A stretch of 61,288 nt of DNA, counting the filler. It is 4 parts of 4 records of this genome, joined end to end, with 100 filler letters (N's around TTAATTAATTAA, not from the genome) between each part and the next. Parts side by side here need not be neighbours in the genome. Positions count along the whole stretch, not along the records: positions 1 to 22,503 come from SRR31156797_11099; 3 more parts are not named here. One strand, given 5' to 3'. The notes beneath the pieces are model-generated. The model saw only the letters and a program-made list of their open reading frames with translations. It made no database searches and was not told the origin of the DNA. Within the stretch, counting starts at the first letter, position 1. Each line of letters begins with the position of its first letter. The position numbers and the translations under genes are program-made. Shown here piece by piece: positions 1 to 10,525 of this stretch.

Positions 1-28
1 CTGCTCTAGCCAGCTGAGCTACATCGGC
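1..28 (-). tRNA. tRNA 5' fragment, probably tRNA-Thr (cut by window edge)
   Basis: Reverse complement GCCGATGTAGCTCAGCTGGCTAGAGCAG is an acceptor-stem 5' strand plus D-arm. Isotype is inferred from the usual Bacteroidota rpsU-xer-hpf-tRNA(Thr)...tuf order; the anticodon is outside the window. Confidence 0.8.
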
Positions 29-80
29 AAAATGCAAACCACTTATTTAACAAGGCGTAGATTTCCCTGAAAATGGTCTG

Positions 81-88
81 CAAATGTA
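81..88 (-). promoter_or_regulatory. Bacteroidota -7 promoter element (TACATTTG) upstream of the tRNA
   Basis: Matches the TAnnTTTG consensus about 50 nt upstream of the tRNA 5' end. Confidence 0.65.
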
Positions 89-133
89 AAAATATTTTAA
101 ATTTATAACAAAATAATCATGTGTTTTTTACAA

Positions 134-433
134 TTATTTTGCGCGAAGCTTTTCTTTGTGTTTCACCACCTGTTTTCGTAGTGCCTCAATGGCAGAATCT
201 GTCGATTCTTCAAATGTCTTACTTTGCTTTTTCGCAAAAAAATCGCCACCCTTTACATTAAGACTAACTTCAACAATTTTATTTTCTGTACTCGCAGCTT
301 TCTCAACTTTAAGAAACACTTCAGCTCCAAGCACATCATCATTAAGCTTCATTATTTTCTCAAGCTTGTTCTCAATAAAATTCTCCAACTTTATATCAGC
401 TACAAAACCGATTGATTGAATATTTATATTCAT
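134..433 (-). CDS. hpf: Ribosome hibernation promoting factor / RaiA family protein
   Basis: 99 aa; MNINIQS start, 'FAKKQSKTFEESTDSAIEALRKQVVKHKEK' end typical of HPF; conserved position. Confidence 0.9.
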   Translation of the reverse strand: MNINIQSIGFVADIKLENFIENKLEKIMKLNDDVLGAEVFLKVEKAASTENKIVEVSLNVKGGDFFAKKQSKTFEESTDSAIEALRKQVVKHKEKLRAK

Positions 434-450
434 ACTTATTCCTCCAAAAT

Positions 451-1332
451 TTATGCTCTCGGATGAGCTTGTTTATATATATTATTTAAACGCTCGAATG
501 ATGTATGAGTATAAATCTGCGTTGCAGAAAGATTTGAATGACCCAGCAATTCCTTAACAGCATTTAATTCCGCACCATTATTTAACAAATGAGTTGCGAA
601 AGTATGCCTTAAGACATGCGGACTCCGCTTTGTCATTGTTGTAATCTTAGATAAATGTTTAACCACCACTCTATACAACAACTTTTCGTAAACAGGCACC
701 CCCTTTTTAGTTACAAAAAGAAAATCATTCCCGCGATCAAAAGCTTTTTGTTTCATTACAAGATATTCATCAAGAAGATCTCCTAAACTTTCACTTATCG
801 GAATGATTCTTTCCTTATTTCTTTTTCCTAATACTTTCACTAAAGATGTTCCACGATCGAAATCATTTTTCTTAAGATTCATCAATTCAGATAATCGCAT
901 ACCTGTTTGATAAAACAATTCAAGAATAAATCTATCTCGAACACCTTCAAAACCTTCACCAAAATCAATTTCTCGCAAGAGCAACATCGAATGCTCCCCA
1001 ACAAAACCTGGCAACTTCTTAGCTTGCTTGGGTCCCACCACTCGATCCATTGGATTGGACTCTATGAGTGATTCCCTCAACAGGTATTTAAAATATGATT
1101 TTAACGACGATAACTTCCTATTTACAGTACGTGAACTCTTTCCATCATTCATTAAAAAAACGATCCATTTCCGCACATCTTTAAAATTCACCTCTTCAAT
1201 TCCTGCAACCCTACCATTCTTTGATAAAAAATCATCAAATTGAGTCAAATCACAGTCATAAGACAGTATCGTATGTACAGAATATCGTTTTTCGTATTGC
1301 AAATAAGATAGAAAAGATTCCTTAAAACTCAT
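451..1332 (-). CDS. xerC: XerC/XerD-family tyrosine recombinase
   Basis: TGMRLSEL, GKRNKERIIP, SPHVLRHTFATHLL, LLGHSNLSATQIYTH, C-terminal AHPRA. Confidence 0.9.
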   Translation of the reverse strand: MSFKESFLSYLQYEKRYSVHTILSYDCDLTQFDDFLSKNGRVAGIEEVNFKDVRKWIVFLMNDGKSSRTVNRKLSSLKSYFKYLLRESLIESNPMDRVVGPKQAKKLPGFVGEHSMLLLREIDFGEGFEGVRDRFILELFYQTGMRLSELMNLKKNDFDRGTSLVKVLGKRNKERIIPISESLGDLLDEYLVMKQKAFDRGNDFLFVTKKGVPVYEKLLYRVVVKHLSKITTMTKRSPHVLRHTFATHLLNNGAELNAVKELLGHSNLSATQIYTHTSFERLNNIYKQAHPRA

Positions 1333-1409
1333 ACATCCGGGATATTTATCCGTCAGGATAATCCAAGATACAAAAAATTAAGATATCAAGGAACTAATCC
1401 AAAAAAAAA

Positions 1410-1601
1410 TCAATCTTCAGCTTGTTGCATTTGCTGAACGTAAATTGCGTGCAATTTCTCTTCTCTTCTCTTGATAGATGGCTTTTTATAAACCTGTCTT
1501 CCTCTAAGCTCTTTAATTACACCAGTTTTTTCGAATTTTCTTTTGAATTTTTTCAAGGCTCTTTCAATGTTTTCGCCTTCTTTCATAGGAATAACAATCA
1601 T
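1410..1601 (-). CDS. rpsU: 30S ribosomal protein S21
   Basis: KEGENIERALKKFKRKFEKTGVIKELR...YKKPS. Confidence 0.97.
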   Translation of the reverse strand: MIVIPMKEGENIERALKKFKRKFEKTGVIKELRGRQVYKKPSIKRREEKLHAIYVQQMQQAED

Positions 1602-1641
1602 AATTTTCTCCTTTAATATTTATGTTTTTCTAAGTGAGCCG

Positions 1642-1649
1642 CAAATTTA
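1642..1649 (-). promoter_or_regulatory. Bacteroidota -7 element (TAAATTTG) for rpsU-xerC-hpf
   Basis: TAnnTTTG match about 40 nt upstream of the rpsU start. Confidence 0.6.
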
Positions 1650-1784
1650 TCAATTCAATCAGTATAATTCAAATTTATTTGAATAAAAGTATCGAAATTC
1701 TCTCCAACTTAAGAAATTAGACTATAAATACGACTGTGCAAAGTTAGGAAATAAGCTATTCTTTCTCAAATATGTCTACTCATT

Positions 1785-2876
1785 TTAATTTAAGGAGAGA
1801 TATGGAGACAATTTTATAAATACTGAATCAGACATTAATCCCTTATCAATCAATTCCTCAAGAAGGTTAAATTTGCCCATTCTATATCTATATCGCACAA
1901 TATCATTTGCAATTCTATCTTTTATATAAGGATGACTTTTTAATTTATCTTTATTAAAAGAATTTATTCCCATTTTTATAATTAATGAAGAATCAACAGT
2001 AATTAATCCTGAAAACCGTAAATAACGTTCCTTTGAAATCCCATAAACTTCAATTAATTGTTCCTTATTTGAATAACCACCCAATAACTTCCGATATTTT
2101 ATAATTCGACCGGATAATACTTTTCCTATTCCTGGCAATTTTTTTAATTCACTAGTATCACTACTATTCAATTCAATCAATTTATATTCTTTATCAATTT
2201 TCTCAGGAATAACTAAATCGATATTTATATATGGCATCAGTACTGAAAGTTTAGCAGAATCAAAACCATATATCTTCTTAAGATCTTTAGCTTCTTTAAA
2301 ACTACCACCTTTCTTTATATACTTTAGAATCCGATTGGCAATTTTACTATCTACTCCTAAACTATCCCAACCAGAATAAGATAATGTATTGGGATCGAAT
2401 GGAAACAAATAAGATTTTGTCGGCACCATTTTAGGCTTATATTTGTTTACTTTTCGTATTTTCTTGAGAGTTATATACTCATCAAGAAGATTCAAATCTT
2501 CTTTTGTGATACCATAAATTTTAAGCAAATCACTCTTCTTGTAAAAAACACCACCTGCTTTTCTGTATCTAATTAAATTTTTTATTTGATACTTAGATAA
2601 GCCCAATTGATTTAGTTGAGTTTCTGTAACCGAATTTGGATCGAAAGAAAAGTAATTGTATTGATTCTGATCCGTTTTTGTTTGTTCGATAGAAGAAATT
2701 AATGATTGAATCTCATTTTTCTTATCCTTAACCAGAATTGTAGATTTAGAATTGGAAGAACTAAAAAAAACTGGCACAACATATACACCCAACAATACAA
2801 TTATAAGGATTAACAATCCTCTTTTTTCAGATGCTGAGTACGAAAAATATTCCTTTATGACTTTCCTTATTCTCAT
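1785..2876 (-). CDS. ComEA-like multi helix-hairpin-helix DNA-binding membrane protein
   Basis: N-terminal TM; repeated FDPN...LG...YRKAGG.F...DL.KIYG and 'LKKLPGIGKVLSGRIIKYRKLLGGY' HhH modules. Confidence 0.85.
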   Translation of the reverse strand: MRIRKVIKEYFSYSASEKRGLLILIIVLLGVYVVPVFFSSSNSKSTILVKDKKNEIQSLISSIEQTKTDQNQYNYFSFDPNSVTETQLNQLGLSKYQIKNLIRYRKAGGVFYKKSDLLKIYGITKEDLNLLDEYITLKKIRKVNKYKPKMVPTKSYLFPFDPNTLSYSGWDSLGVDSKIANRILKYIKKGGSFKEAKDLKKIYGFDSAKLSVLMPYINIDLVIPEKIDKEYKLIELNSSDTSELKKLPGIGKVLSGRIIKYRKLLGGYSNKEQLIEVYGISKERYLRFSGLITVDSSLIIKMGINSFNKDKLKSHPYIKDRIANDIVRYRYRMGKFNLLEELIDKGLMSDSVFIKLSPYLSLN

Positions 2877-2939
2877 AAATAAAAAAAAGTGTTATTTGAA
2901 AACAAATAACACTTAACAATATTATAAAAAAGTTTATAC

Positions 2940-4307
2940 TTAGCCAAAATTAAGTACTTCAATTCCATTTAGAAATACAATTGCAATTGCCGCGGGTGCA
3001 ATAAATCTTACCAGAAATATAAAAATATTCAAACCAGATTTTATCACAACCGAACCTTTTGATAACTCATCCTGAATTTTATCTTTGCCTAAATACCATC
3101 CAACAAATAAGGAAATAAATAATCCTCCCAACGGAAGGAGCATATTGGCTGAAATCCAATCGAGCAAATCGAAGAAATTTAAATTAAATAACTTGTATTC
3201 TCCTAAAATACCCATTGATAAGGAACAGAACAGCCCAACAATTGATATTAACACCGTACTAATAATAGTAGCTGTTCTTCGTTTGATCTTTAATTCCTCC
3301 TTAAAATAGGCAACAACGACTTCTAGTATAGAAATAGATGAAGTTAAAGCAGCCACCGTAAGTAATAAGAAGAACAGAATAGAAAAGAAGTATCCACCAG
3401 GCATTTGCTGAAATACATTGGGCAAGGTAATAAACACTAGACCTGCTCCTTTATCTGGCTCAATACCAAATGCAAAAACTGCAGGAAATATTGCAATTCC
3501 AGCGAGAATCGCAATAACAGTATCAGCAATTGTTACCTGTACAGCTGTTTTTGTAAGATTATTTTTATCACTCACATAAGAACCATACGTAATTAAAGTT
3601 CCCATTCCTAAGCTTAAAGAAAAGAAAGCATGACCTAATGCACTCAATACACCTTCAGCCGTTAACTTAGAAAAATCAGGATAAAACAAAAATTTTAATC
3701 CTTCTGAAGCACCCTCTAAAGTCACTGCTCGTAGACCTAAAACAATAATAATCAAAACAAGTAAAGGCATTAAAAATTTCGCATATTTTTCTATACCATC
3801 TTTAACACCAACAATTACAATTGCCATGGTTAAAATCATGAAGAACAATTGATACAAAACTGGTGTTAATGGCAATACAGTAAAATTAACAAACATGGTC
3901 TCTAGCTCGCCTGGACTTTTAGATGCAAAACTATTTGACAACGCTTTTATCACATAATCGATACTCCATCCAGCCACAACTCCATAGAAAGCTAAAATCA
4001 TAAATGCAGCTGCCACTCCAAGCATTCCAACAAATTTCCATGGAGATCCTGGAGCCAACTTTTTAAACGCACCAAAGGCATTACTTCTAGACCTACGACC
4101 AATAGTAAATTCAGATAGCATTACAGGTAAACCGATAAGGGCGATAAAACCTAGATATACGAATAAAAAAGCACCTCCACCATACACACCTGTTATATAT
4201 GGGAACTTCCATATATTTCCTAAGCCAACGGCTGATCCCGCAGCCGCCGCAATTACTCCAAATTTACTAGCAAACAGATCACGAGCTTGAGAGGGTTTAT
4301 TATTCAT
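2940..4307 (-). CDS. Sodium-dependent transporter, NSS/SNF family
   Basis: AAAGSAVGLGNIWKFPY, GGGAF, AFFSLSLGMG..TYGSY, AALTSSISILE. The ATG at 4307 is preferred over the TTG at 4316. Confidence 0.93.
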   Translation of the reverse strand: MNNKPSQARDLFASKFGVIAAAAGSAVGLGNIWKFPYITGVYGGGAFLFVYLGFIALIGLPVMLSEFTIGRRSRSNAFGAFKKLAPGSPWKFVGMLGVAAAFMILAFYGVVAGWSIDYVIKALSNSFASKSPGELETMFVNFTVLPLTPVLYQLFFMILTMAIVIVGVKDGIEKYAKFLMPLLVLIIIVLGLRAVTLEGASEGLKFLFYPDFSKLTAEGVLSALGHAFFSLSLGMGTLITYGSYVSDKNNLTKTAVQVTIADTVIAILAGIAIFPAVFAFGIEPDKGAGLVFITLPNVFQQMPGGYFFSILFFLLLTVAALTSSISILEVVVAYFKEELKIKRRTATIISTVLISIVGLFCSLSMGILGEYKLFNLNFFDLLDWISANMLLPLGGLFISLFVGWYLGKDKIQDELSKGSVVIKSGLNIFIFLVRFIAPAAIAIVFLNGIEVLNFG

Positions 4308-4404
4308 ACAAAACAATTTTTATTAGAAATTTTAGTGTAAGTCCAAATTTGCAAAATTAAAGTCCTATTTCCTAAAAGCTTCACAATTTTAGAACATCTA
4401 TAAA

Positions 4405-4437
4405 CAAAAAAGACCCGGATGATATCCGAGTCCTTTA
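4405..4437 (-). terminator. Intrinsic terminator after fbaA
   Basis: Imperfect GC hairpin followed by a T-run on the minus strand, just past the fbaA stop. Confidence 0.6.
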
Positions 4438-4455
4438 TAAAAATATTTTAATCGA

Positions 4456-5532
4456 TTAGTTACGACCAACTGCGTTCAAATCGTTGAATGCCTGAACAAG
4501 ACGATCCTTCATCGAAACTTCACCTGCACGCATCCAAACACGTGGGTCATAAAATTTCTTATTTGGCTTATCGTCTCCATCAGGATTACCAATCTGACCT
4601 TGTAAATAATCATGGTTCTTAGCTTCGAACTCACGAATACCATTCCAACATGCCCACTGAGTATCTGTATCGATATTCATTTTAATAACACCGTAAGAAA
4701 TAGCTTCACGAATTTCTTCTAAACTTGAACCTGATCCACCGTGGAAAACGAAATCAACAGTATTGTTTGCTACTGAATATTTCTCAGAAATAAATGACTG
4801 AGAATTCAATAAGATTTTTGGAGTCAAAACAACGTTTCCTGGCTTATAAACACCATGAACATTACCGAAAGAAGCGGCAATCGTAAAACGTGAAGATACT
4901 TTTAATAAAGTTTCATAAGCTAAAGCTACATCTTCTGGTTGAGTATACAACAATGAATTGTCCATATCTGTATTATCAACACCATCTTCCTCACCACCAG
5001 TACAACCCAATTCAATTTCAATTGTCATACCGATTTTATCCATACGCTCTAAATATTTAGCACATGTTCCGATATTCTCTTCTAAAGATTCTTCAGATAA
5101 ATCTAACATGTGAGAACTAAACAAAGGCTTACCGCATTGAGCAAAAAATTCTTCACCTGCAGTCAACAATCCGTCAATCCAAGGTAATAATTTTTTTGCA
5201 GCATGATCGGTATGAAGGATTACTGGAATACCATAGTGCTCCGCTACTGCATGTACATATTTAGCACCTGCAATTGCTCCAATAATAGCAGCATTTTGTC
5301 CTTCAGCTTTCATTCCTTTACCTGCAAAAAATGAAGCACCACCATTCGAGAACTGAATAATGATAGGAGAGTTCACCTCTTTAGCAGCTTCTAAAGCAGC
5401 ATTAATTGAGTTAGTTCCTACAACATTTACAGCTGGAATTGCAAAACCTTCTTCTTTAGCAACCTGAAATAACTTTTGTACATCATCACCGGTAACCACA
5501 CCCGGTTTAACAACATCTAATACTCGTTTCAT
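4456..5532 (-). CDS. fbaA: Class II fructose-bisphosphate aldolase
   Basis: ILHTDHAAKKLLPWIDG, SSHMLDLSEE, GNVHGVYKPGNV, VFHGGSGS, KMNIDTD. Confidence 0.97.
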   Translation of the reverse strand: MKRVLDVVKPGVVTGDDVQKLFQVAKEEGFAIPAVNVVGTNSINAALEAAKEVNSPIIIQFSNGGASFFAGKGMKAEGQNAAIIGAIAGAKYVHAVAEHYGIPVILHTDHAAKKLLPWIDGLLTAGEEFFAQCGKPLFSSHMLDLSEESLEENIGTCAKYLERMDKIGMTIEIELGCTGGEEDGVDNTDMDNSLLYTQPEDVALAYETLLKVSSRFTIAASFGNVHGVYKPGNVVLTPKILLNSQSFISEKYSVANNTVDFVFHGGSGSSLEEIREAISYGVIKMNIDTDTQWACWNGIREFEAKNHDYLQGQIGNPDGDDKPNKKFYDPRVWMRAGEVSMKDRLVQAFNDLNAVGRN

Positions 5533-5658
5533 AATAATATAATTTATCGGATAGTTCTAAAAAAATCTTCGGAAAGTTCAATTTTACCACGAAGTTAAAA
5601 AGAAATAATAGAATTTGCACCGTTTTGGCAATAAGAAAATTACGCAAACGAATGCAAT

Positions 5659-8049
5659 TTAAAAAGGATAACCAATACCAATATTAAATGTCAATTGAGA
5701 AAACTTAAACGGACGATTTCCTATAATCCATCTTTCACTCTCACCTAAAGAAGGATCACGTAATTTTAATCCTAAATCTAATCTGAAAAGAATAAAGTTT
5801 AAATCAACACGGGTACCAAAACCTGTCCCCAAAGCAATTTCTTTATAAAATCGATTAAATTGAAAATCAGCTCCCTCTCTATCGTCCTTTTCCGAAATAG
5901 CCCAAATATTTCCTGCATCAAGAAAAAGCGCGCCTTCTAATGCCCAAAATAATTTAAATCTATATTCAATATTCGCCTCCAACTTAAAGTCTGCCGTATT
6001 GTTTGGATAGGTTGCATCTTTATCTACATACGAACCTGGACCTAATGAACGTACTTGCCAAGCTCGAATACCATTAGCCCCACCTGAAAAATAACTTTTT
6101 TCAAATGGTAAAACTTTTAAATTTCCATAAGGATATCCAAGTCCGACAAATAAACGATATACCATTGTATTGGCACTATTAATATGCTTATTAAAACGGT
6201 ATTCTATGTCTCCTTTTAAATATTGTGCATATCTAATTCCTAAAAAGTCATGATAGGTTCCTTCCAATTCTCCATTTGAATTGTAATCATCTGTCTCCGA
6301 TCTACCAAGCAAATTATCTATAGCTTTAAGTGAATTTCCCGCCACTTCAAAATTAAGCCTTACGTAATTGTAATCTCTTGGTATATTGATATTCTGATCA
6401 TTATAAGTGTAAGAATATCGAGTGGTTGCGATTACGTGATCCGTAAATGAATTCTGAATGTATAAATTATCGATATCATCCAAAAAATCATCACTTAGAT
6501 CTTTTACATCCACAAAATTAAGCTCAACCAAATTTAAAGTATGTCTTGTATATTTTGATGATTTCCAAAAATACCCAAAACTCGCATCTGCAATAGTACG
6601 TGTATAATCTGGGCGCTTTTGATAATTATAAGACATTGAGAATACCGTCCGTGGATTATATGATTTTCGAAATTTCTCAACATTAAAAAAGGGCATCAAA
6701 AATTTAGGAATACTTAATTTAGACTCAACACCATATTCTGAAGAATTAAAATCTGTTTGCTCATTTGCTTTTACAGTCTCTCTGGCAGTTGAAAATTGCA
6801 CATCCAAAATTTCAGCTCCTCCAAACAAATTTTTATGCTGATAATTCAGATTTCCAGCAAATCCAATATTTCCAGAAGAATTTGTCCCCTCCAATTCAAA
6901 AGAATAATATTGTAAATTGTGTGGTGTTAACTGAATTACACAATTCAATTGACCATAAGTGCTATCAACATTATTCTTACTTTCTTCGAATTTTATATTT
7001 AAAAATTTAAATTGATTTAAAGTCTGCAGCCTACTATATGTCTGCTCTACAGAGGTTAAATTATAAGTATCCCCCTTTTTAATTAAAATTGATGATAAAA
7101 GAACTTCTGGTTTTATTTTTAATTTTTTTCTAAATATAAAATCTACTCCTTTATGCGATAAAGTATCCAACTCTAAAAGGTAAGTTGAATCATTCATTAA
7201 AACCATTTTAGGATCGTATTCGGTAAAGATTTGTACTTTGTTGATCTTATATTTTTTTATTGCCTTTTCATCTTTTGGAGTCTTTAACCCAACAAAAACA
7301 TCCATTTGTTGCTCTTTATTGGTACTGTCCATCATAAAATGAATGTACTCCCTTGAAAAATTAAAATATCCTTGATTTTTAAGCAGTTTAAAAATTCTCA
7401 TTCTCTCTTCACCTAAAACATCCGAATCAACTTTTCCTCCAGATTTTAACTCGGAATTCTTACTATCATCAGCAACATAGTTCCGAATCAAAGTTGAATC
7501 AGGCATCTCTTCATTTTCTTGCTGCGGAGATAAAAAATTATAAGGCACTTCTCCCGGTTTGTGATATACATTACGATATCTGTACGGTTCCTTAGCGGTA
7601 ATAGAGTAGTAAACTTTAGCTTTCTTTTTTCTGAAAACAACAGAATCTGTAACAACTGCATTATAATATCCTTTTTTCTTAAGATATAATTTCAACTGAG
7701 TTAATGATCTTTGAGTCTGAAAATCCTCATACACAACTGGCTCCTCACCAATCCTTTGCAGCCACTTATTGAAACCTTTTTCTTTATTTTTTCCTGATAA
7801 ATTATACAATCCTAAATGAAAGCGCCACATTCCCAAAATTTTCAAATTAGGCTTTTGCTTAATATTTCTCTTCAAATCACTAGTTGAGATGGAATTATCA
7901 TCTATTTTAACAACAACTTTATTTAACAGATATTCATTCTCGCCAACATATTTTGTAGTTGAACAAGAAGCCAAACCAAGAAGCAGGCTCAGCAATAAAA
8001 TTAAAATCGGGAAATTATAACTACTTTTGTATTTTAAAATTGATTCCAA
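5659..8049 (-). CDS. tamL: TamL-type Omp85/BamA-family lipoprotein
   Basis: Lipobox LASC, POTRA region, SGGANGIRAW motif, C-terminal IGIGYPF. Confidence 0.85.
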   Translation of the reverse strand: MESILKYKSSYNFPILILLLSLLLGLASCSTTKYVGENEYLLNKVVVKIDDNSISTSDLKRNIKQKPNLKILGMWRFHLGLYNLSGKNKEKGFNKWLQRIGEEPVVYEDFQTQRSLTQLKLYLKKKGYYNAVVTDSVVFRKKKAKVYYSITAKEPYRYRNVYHKPGEVPYNFLSPQQENEEMPDSTLIRNYVADDSKNSELKSGGKVDSDVLGEERMRIFKLLKNQGYFNFSREYIHFMMDSTNKEQQMDVFVGLKTPKDEKAIKKYKINKVQIFTEYDPKMVLMNDSTYLLELDTLSHKGVDFIFRKKLKIKPEVLLSSILIKKGDTYNLTSVEQTYSRLQTLNQFKFLNIKFEESKNNVDSTYGQLNCVIQLTPHNLQYYSFELEGTNSSGNIGFAGNLNYQHKNLFGGAEILDVQFSTARETVKANEQTDFNSSEYGVESKLSIPKFLMPFFNVEKFRKSYNPRTVFSMSYNYQKRPDYTRTIADASFGYFWKSSKYTRHTLNLVELNFVDVKDLSDDFLDDIDNLYIQNSFTDHVIATTRYSYTYNDQNINIPRDYNYVRLNFEVAGNSLKAIDNLLGRSETDDYNSNGELEGTYHDFLGIRYAQYLKGDIEYRFNKHINSANTMVYRLFVGLGYPYGNLKVLPFEKSYFSGGANGIRAWQVRSLGPGSYVDKDATYPNNTADFKLEANIEYRFKLFWALEGALFLDAGNIWAISEKDDREGADFQFNRFYKEIALGTGFGTRVDLNFILFRLDLGLKLRDPSLGESERWIIGNRPFKFSQLTFNIGIGYPF

Positions 8050-8155
8050 GAATATAGAGCGTATTTTCGTTTAAAATACCACAAAGATACTTAACTTCAG
8101 TGATATATTTTTGGACAAATCAGGCTTTCATTAACAAATTTTCAAATAAATTACC

Positions 8156-8926
8156 GTGCTGTCAAAAAATCAAATCAAGTTAATTAACAGTTTACAAAAG
8201 AAAAAATACCGAGATCAGCATCAACTTTTCGTTGCAGAGGGAGATAAACTGGTTATTGATTTGTTGCAATCAGGTATTAAAGCAAATTTTCTAATTTATT
8301 CTAAAGATTGGAAAAATACACATTCAAGCACTCATTTTAAAAATATTGAAACAAGAATTGAAACAGATTCATCTCAACTTAAAAAAATTAGCACACTTAA
8401 AACCCCATCACCTGTATTAGGTGTATTTAAAATACCTAAAATAGAACTGGATACTAAAACCATTTCAAATAGTTTATCAATTGTTTTAGATGACGTTCAA
8501 GATCCAGGAAATTTGGGAACTATCATTCGCATAGCTGATTGGTTTGGAATCAAAAATATCTTTTGTTCACCCAATACAGTTGATCTTTATAATTCCAAAG
8601 TAATACAAGCAACCATGGGCGCAATTGCCAGAATTAACCTGAGCTATACGCCACTTGATAAACTCATAGAAAAATACAAATCAGATCATTTTCCAATTTA
8701 TGGAACATTTCTGGAAGGAGAGACAATTTACAATTCCTCGTTAAAAAACAAAGGATTTATAGTAATGGGCAACGAGGGAAAAGGAATATCAGAAAGCATT
8801 GCAAAACAAGTAAGCAATAAGCTATTCATTCCCAATTTCCCAGCTAACCAAGAAACATCCGAATCATTAAATGTATCGGTTGCCACCTCAATAATTTGCT
8901 CTGAATTTCGTCGAAGGGAGTTTTAA
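8156..8926 (+). CDS. TrmH/SpoU family RNA methyltransferase
   Basis: VQDPGNLGTIIRIADWFG, MGNEGKGIS, ESLNVSVA SPOUT motifs. Confidence 0.93.
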   Translation: MLSKNQIKLINSLQKKKYRDQHQLFVAEGDKLVIDLLQSGIKANFLIYSKDWKNTHSSTHFKNIETRIETDSSQLKKISTLKTPSPVLGVFKIPKIELDTKTISNSLSIVLDDVQDPGNLGTIIRIADWFGIKNIFCSPNTVDLYNSKVIQATMGAIARINLSYTPLDKLIEKYKSDHFPIYGTFLEGETIYNSSLKNKGFIVMGNEGKGISESIAKQVSNKLFIPNFPANQETSESLNVSVATSIICSEFRRREF

Positions 8927-8928
8927 TT

Positions 8929-10518
8929 CTACTCTTCGGAATTTAAAAATCGATCTACTGCATTTGCACACTGTTCTCCATCCATAGCTGCTGATACTAT
9001 TCCTCCTGCATAACCTGCACCTTCTCCACATGGGAATAACCCTGCAATACTTATATGCTGTAAACTTTCTCGATCTCGCGGAATTCTAACCGGAGAAGAT
9101 GTTCTCGATTCCACACCAAGTATTACTGCTTTATTTGTTAAATATCCATTCGATTTTTTCCCAAAAGCTTTAAAACCTTCCTGCAGTCTATATCGAATGT
9201 GCTCGGGCAACCATTTGTGCATTTCGGATGATACAACACCTGGATGATAGGATGTTTTTGGCAATGAGTCACTTTTCTTTCCATCCACAAAATCAACCAT
9301 TCGCTGTGCCGGAGCTGTTAAATCTTCGCCTCCCTCCATGAATGCCTGTTCTTCCAGATCTTCCTGAAATTTTAAGCCTGCCAAATTTCCAAATTCAGAG
9401 TATTTTTCCAGATCTTCGGTTCGAATTTCAACTGCCATTCCCGAATTGGCATAAGCAGTATTTCTATTTGAAGAAGACATACCATTTACAACTTGTTGAT
9501 TTTTTCCTGTAGCTGCTGGAACAATGACTCCGCCAGGACACATGCAAAATGAATATACTCCTCTCTCTTTTACCTGATGAACAAAACTGTAACTCGCAGC
9601 AGGTAAATATTTTCCTCTACCGTTTGGATTGTGATATTGAATTTGATCGATTAACTCCTGAGGATGCTCTATACGCACACCCATTGCGAACGATTTTGCT
9701 TCAATATCAATACCCGACTCATCCAGTTTCCGATATACATCTCTTGCAGAATGACCTGTAGCTAAAACAACAGCTTCAGCCATAAAAGTATCTCCCGATT
9801 CCAGTTTTACACCAACAATATTCTTTCCATCCACAATGTAATCAACAACTTTTCTAGAGAAATAAACCTCTCCACCTGCTTTAATAATACTCTTTCGAAT
9901 ATTTACAATTACTTTAGGAAGAACATCTGTTCCAATATGTGGATGTGCATCAAACAAAATATCATCTTGAGCTCCATGAAAATGAAGAACATTTAATATC
10001 TTTTTTAGGTTGCCTCGTTTTTTTGATCGGGTATATAATTTCCCATCTGAAAAAGTTCCTGCTCCACCTTCTCCGAAAGAGTAGTTTGAATCAGGGTCAA
10101 CTTGGCGAGATCTATGAAGTTCACCTAAATCTTTTTTACGATCTTCAACACTCTTACCACGCTCTAAAACAATCGGACAAAAACCCAACTCAATTAAGCG
10201 AAGAGCCGCAAACAAACCTGCAGGTCCGGCACCAACCACAATAACTTTTCTCGAATTTTCGCAATTTTCATAAACGAAATCAGCTCCTTCAGAAACAGAC
10301 ATTTTTTCATCAATAGCAATTTTAAATCTCAAATTAACTTTGATATTTCTTCGTCTGGCATCAATAGATTTTCGTAGAATCTTAATTCCATTTATTCTTC
10401 CAGGTTTTACTTTCAATTTACTTGCCAATATTGGCTTATAAAAACACTCCTCAGAAGCCTCTTTAGGGCTCAACACAACATCAATCTCTGTAATCATTTC
10501 TGGAAAATTATAGGTCAA
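8929..10518 (-). CDS. FAD/NAD(P)-dependent oxidoreductase (uncharacterised conserved family)
   Basis: VVGAGPAGLFAA, FGEGGAGTFSDGKL, SFCMCPGG, GEGAGYAGGIVSAAMDG. Confidence 0.88.
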   Translation of the reverse strand: MTYNFPEMITEIDVVLSPKEASEECFYKPILASKLKVKPGRINGIKILRKSIDARRRNIKVNLRFKIAIDEKMSVSEGADFVYENCENSRKVIVVGAGPAGLFAALRLIELGFCPIVLERGKSVEDRKKDLGELHRSRQVDPDSNYSFGEGGAGTFSDGKLYTRSKKRGNLKKILNVLHFHGAQDDILFDAHPHIGTDVLPKVIVNIRKSIIKAGGEVYFSRKVVDYIVDGKNIVGVKLESGDTFMAEAVVLATGHSARDVYRKLDESGIDIEAKSFAMGVRIEHPQELIDQIQYHNPNGRGKYLPAASYSFVHQVKERGVYSFCMCPGGVIVPAATGKNQQVVNGMSSSNRNTAYANSGMAVEIRTEDLEKYSEFGNLAGLKFQEDLEEQAFMEGGEDLTAPAQRMVDFVDGKKSDSLPKTSYHPGVVSSEMHKWLPEHIRYRLQEGFKAFGKKSNGYLTNKAVILGVESRTSSPVRIPRDRESLQHISIAGLFPCGEGAGYAGGIVSAAMDGEQCANAVDRFLNSEE

Positions 10519-10525
10519 AAAAGTT

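Noticed and set aside
451-1332. Tyrosine recombinase next to a tRNA as a prophage/ICE integrase
   Set aside because: XerC-type sequence ending AHPRA in the conserved rpsU-xer-hpf-tRNA housekeeping block; no cargo genes.
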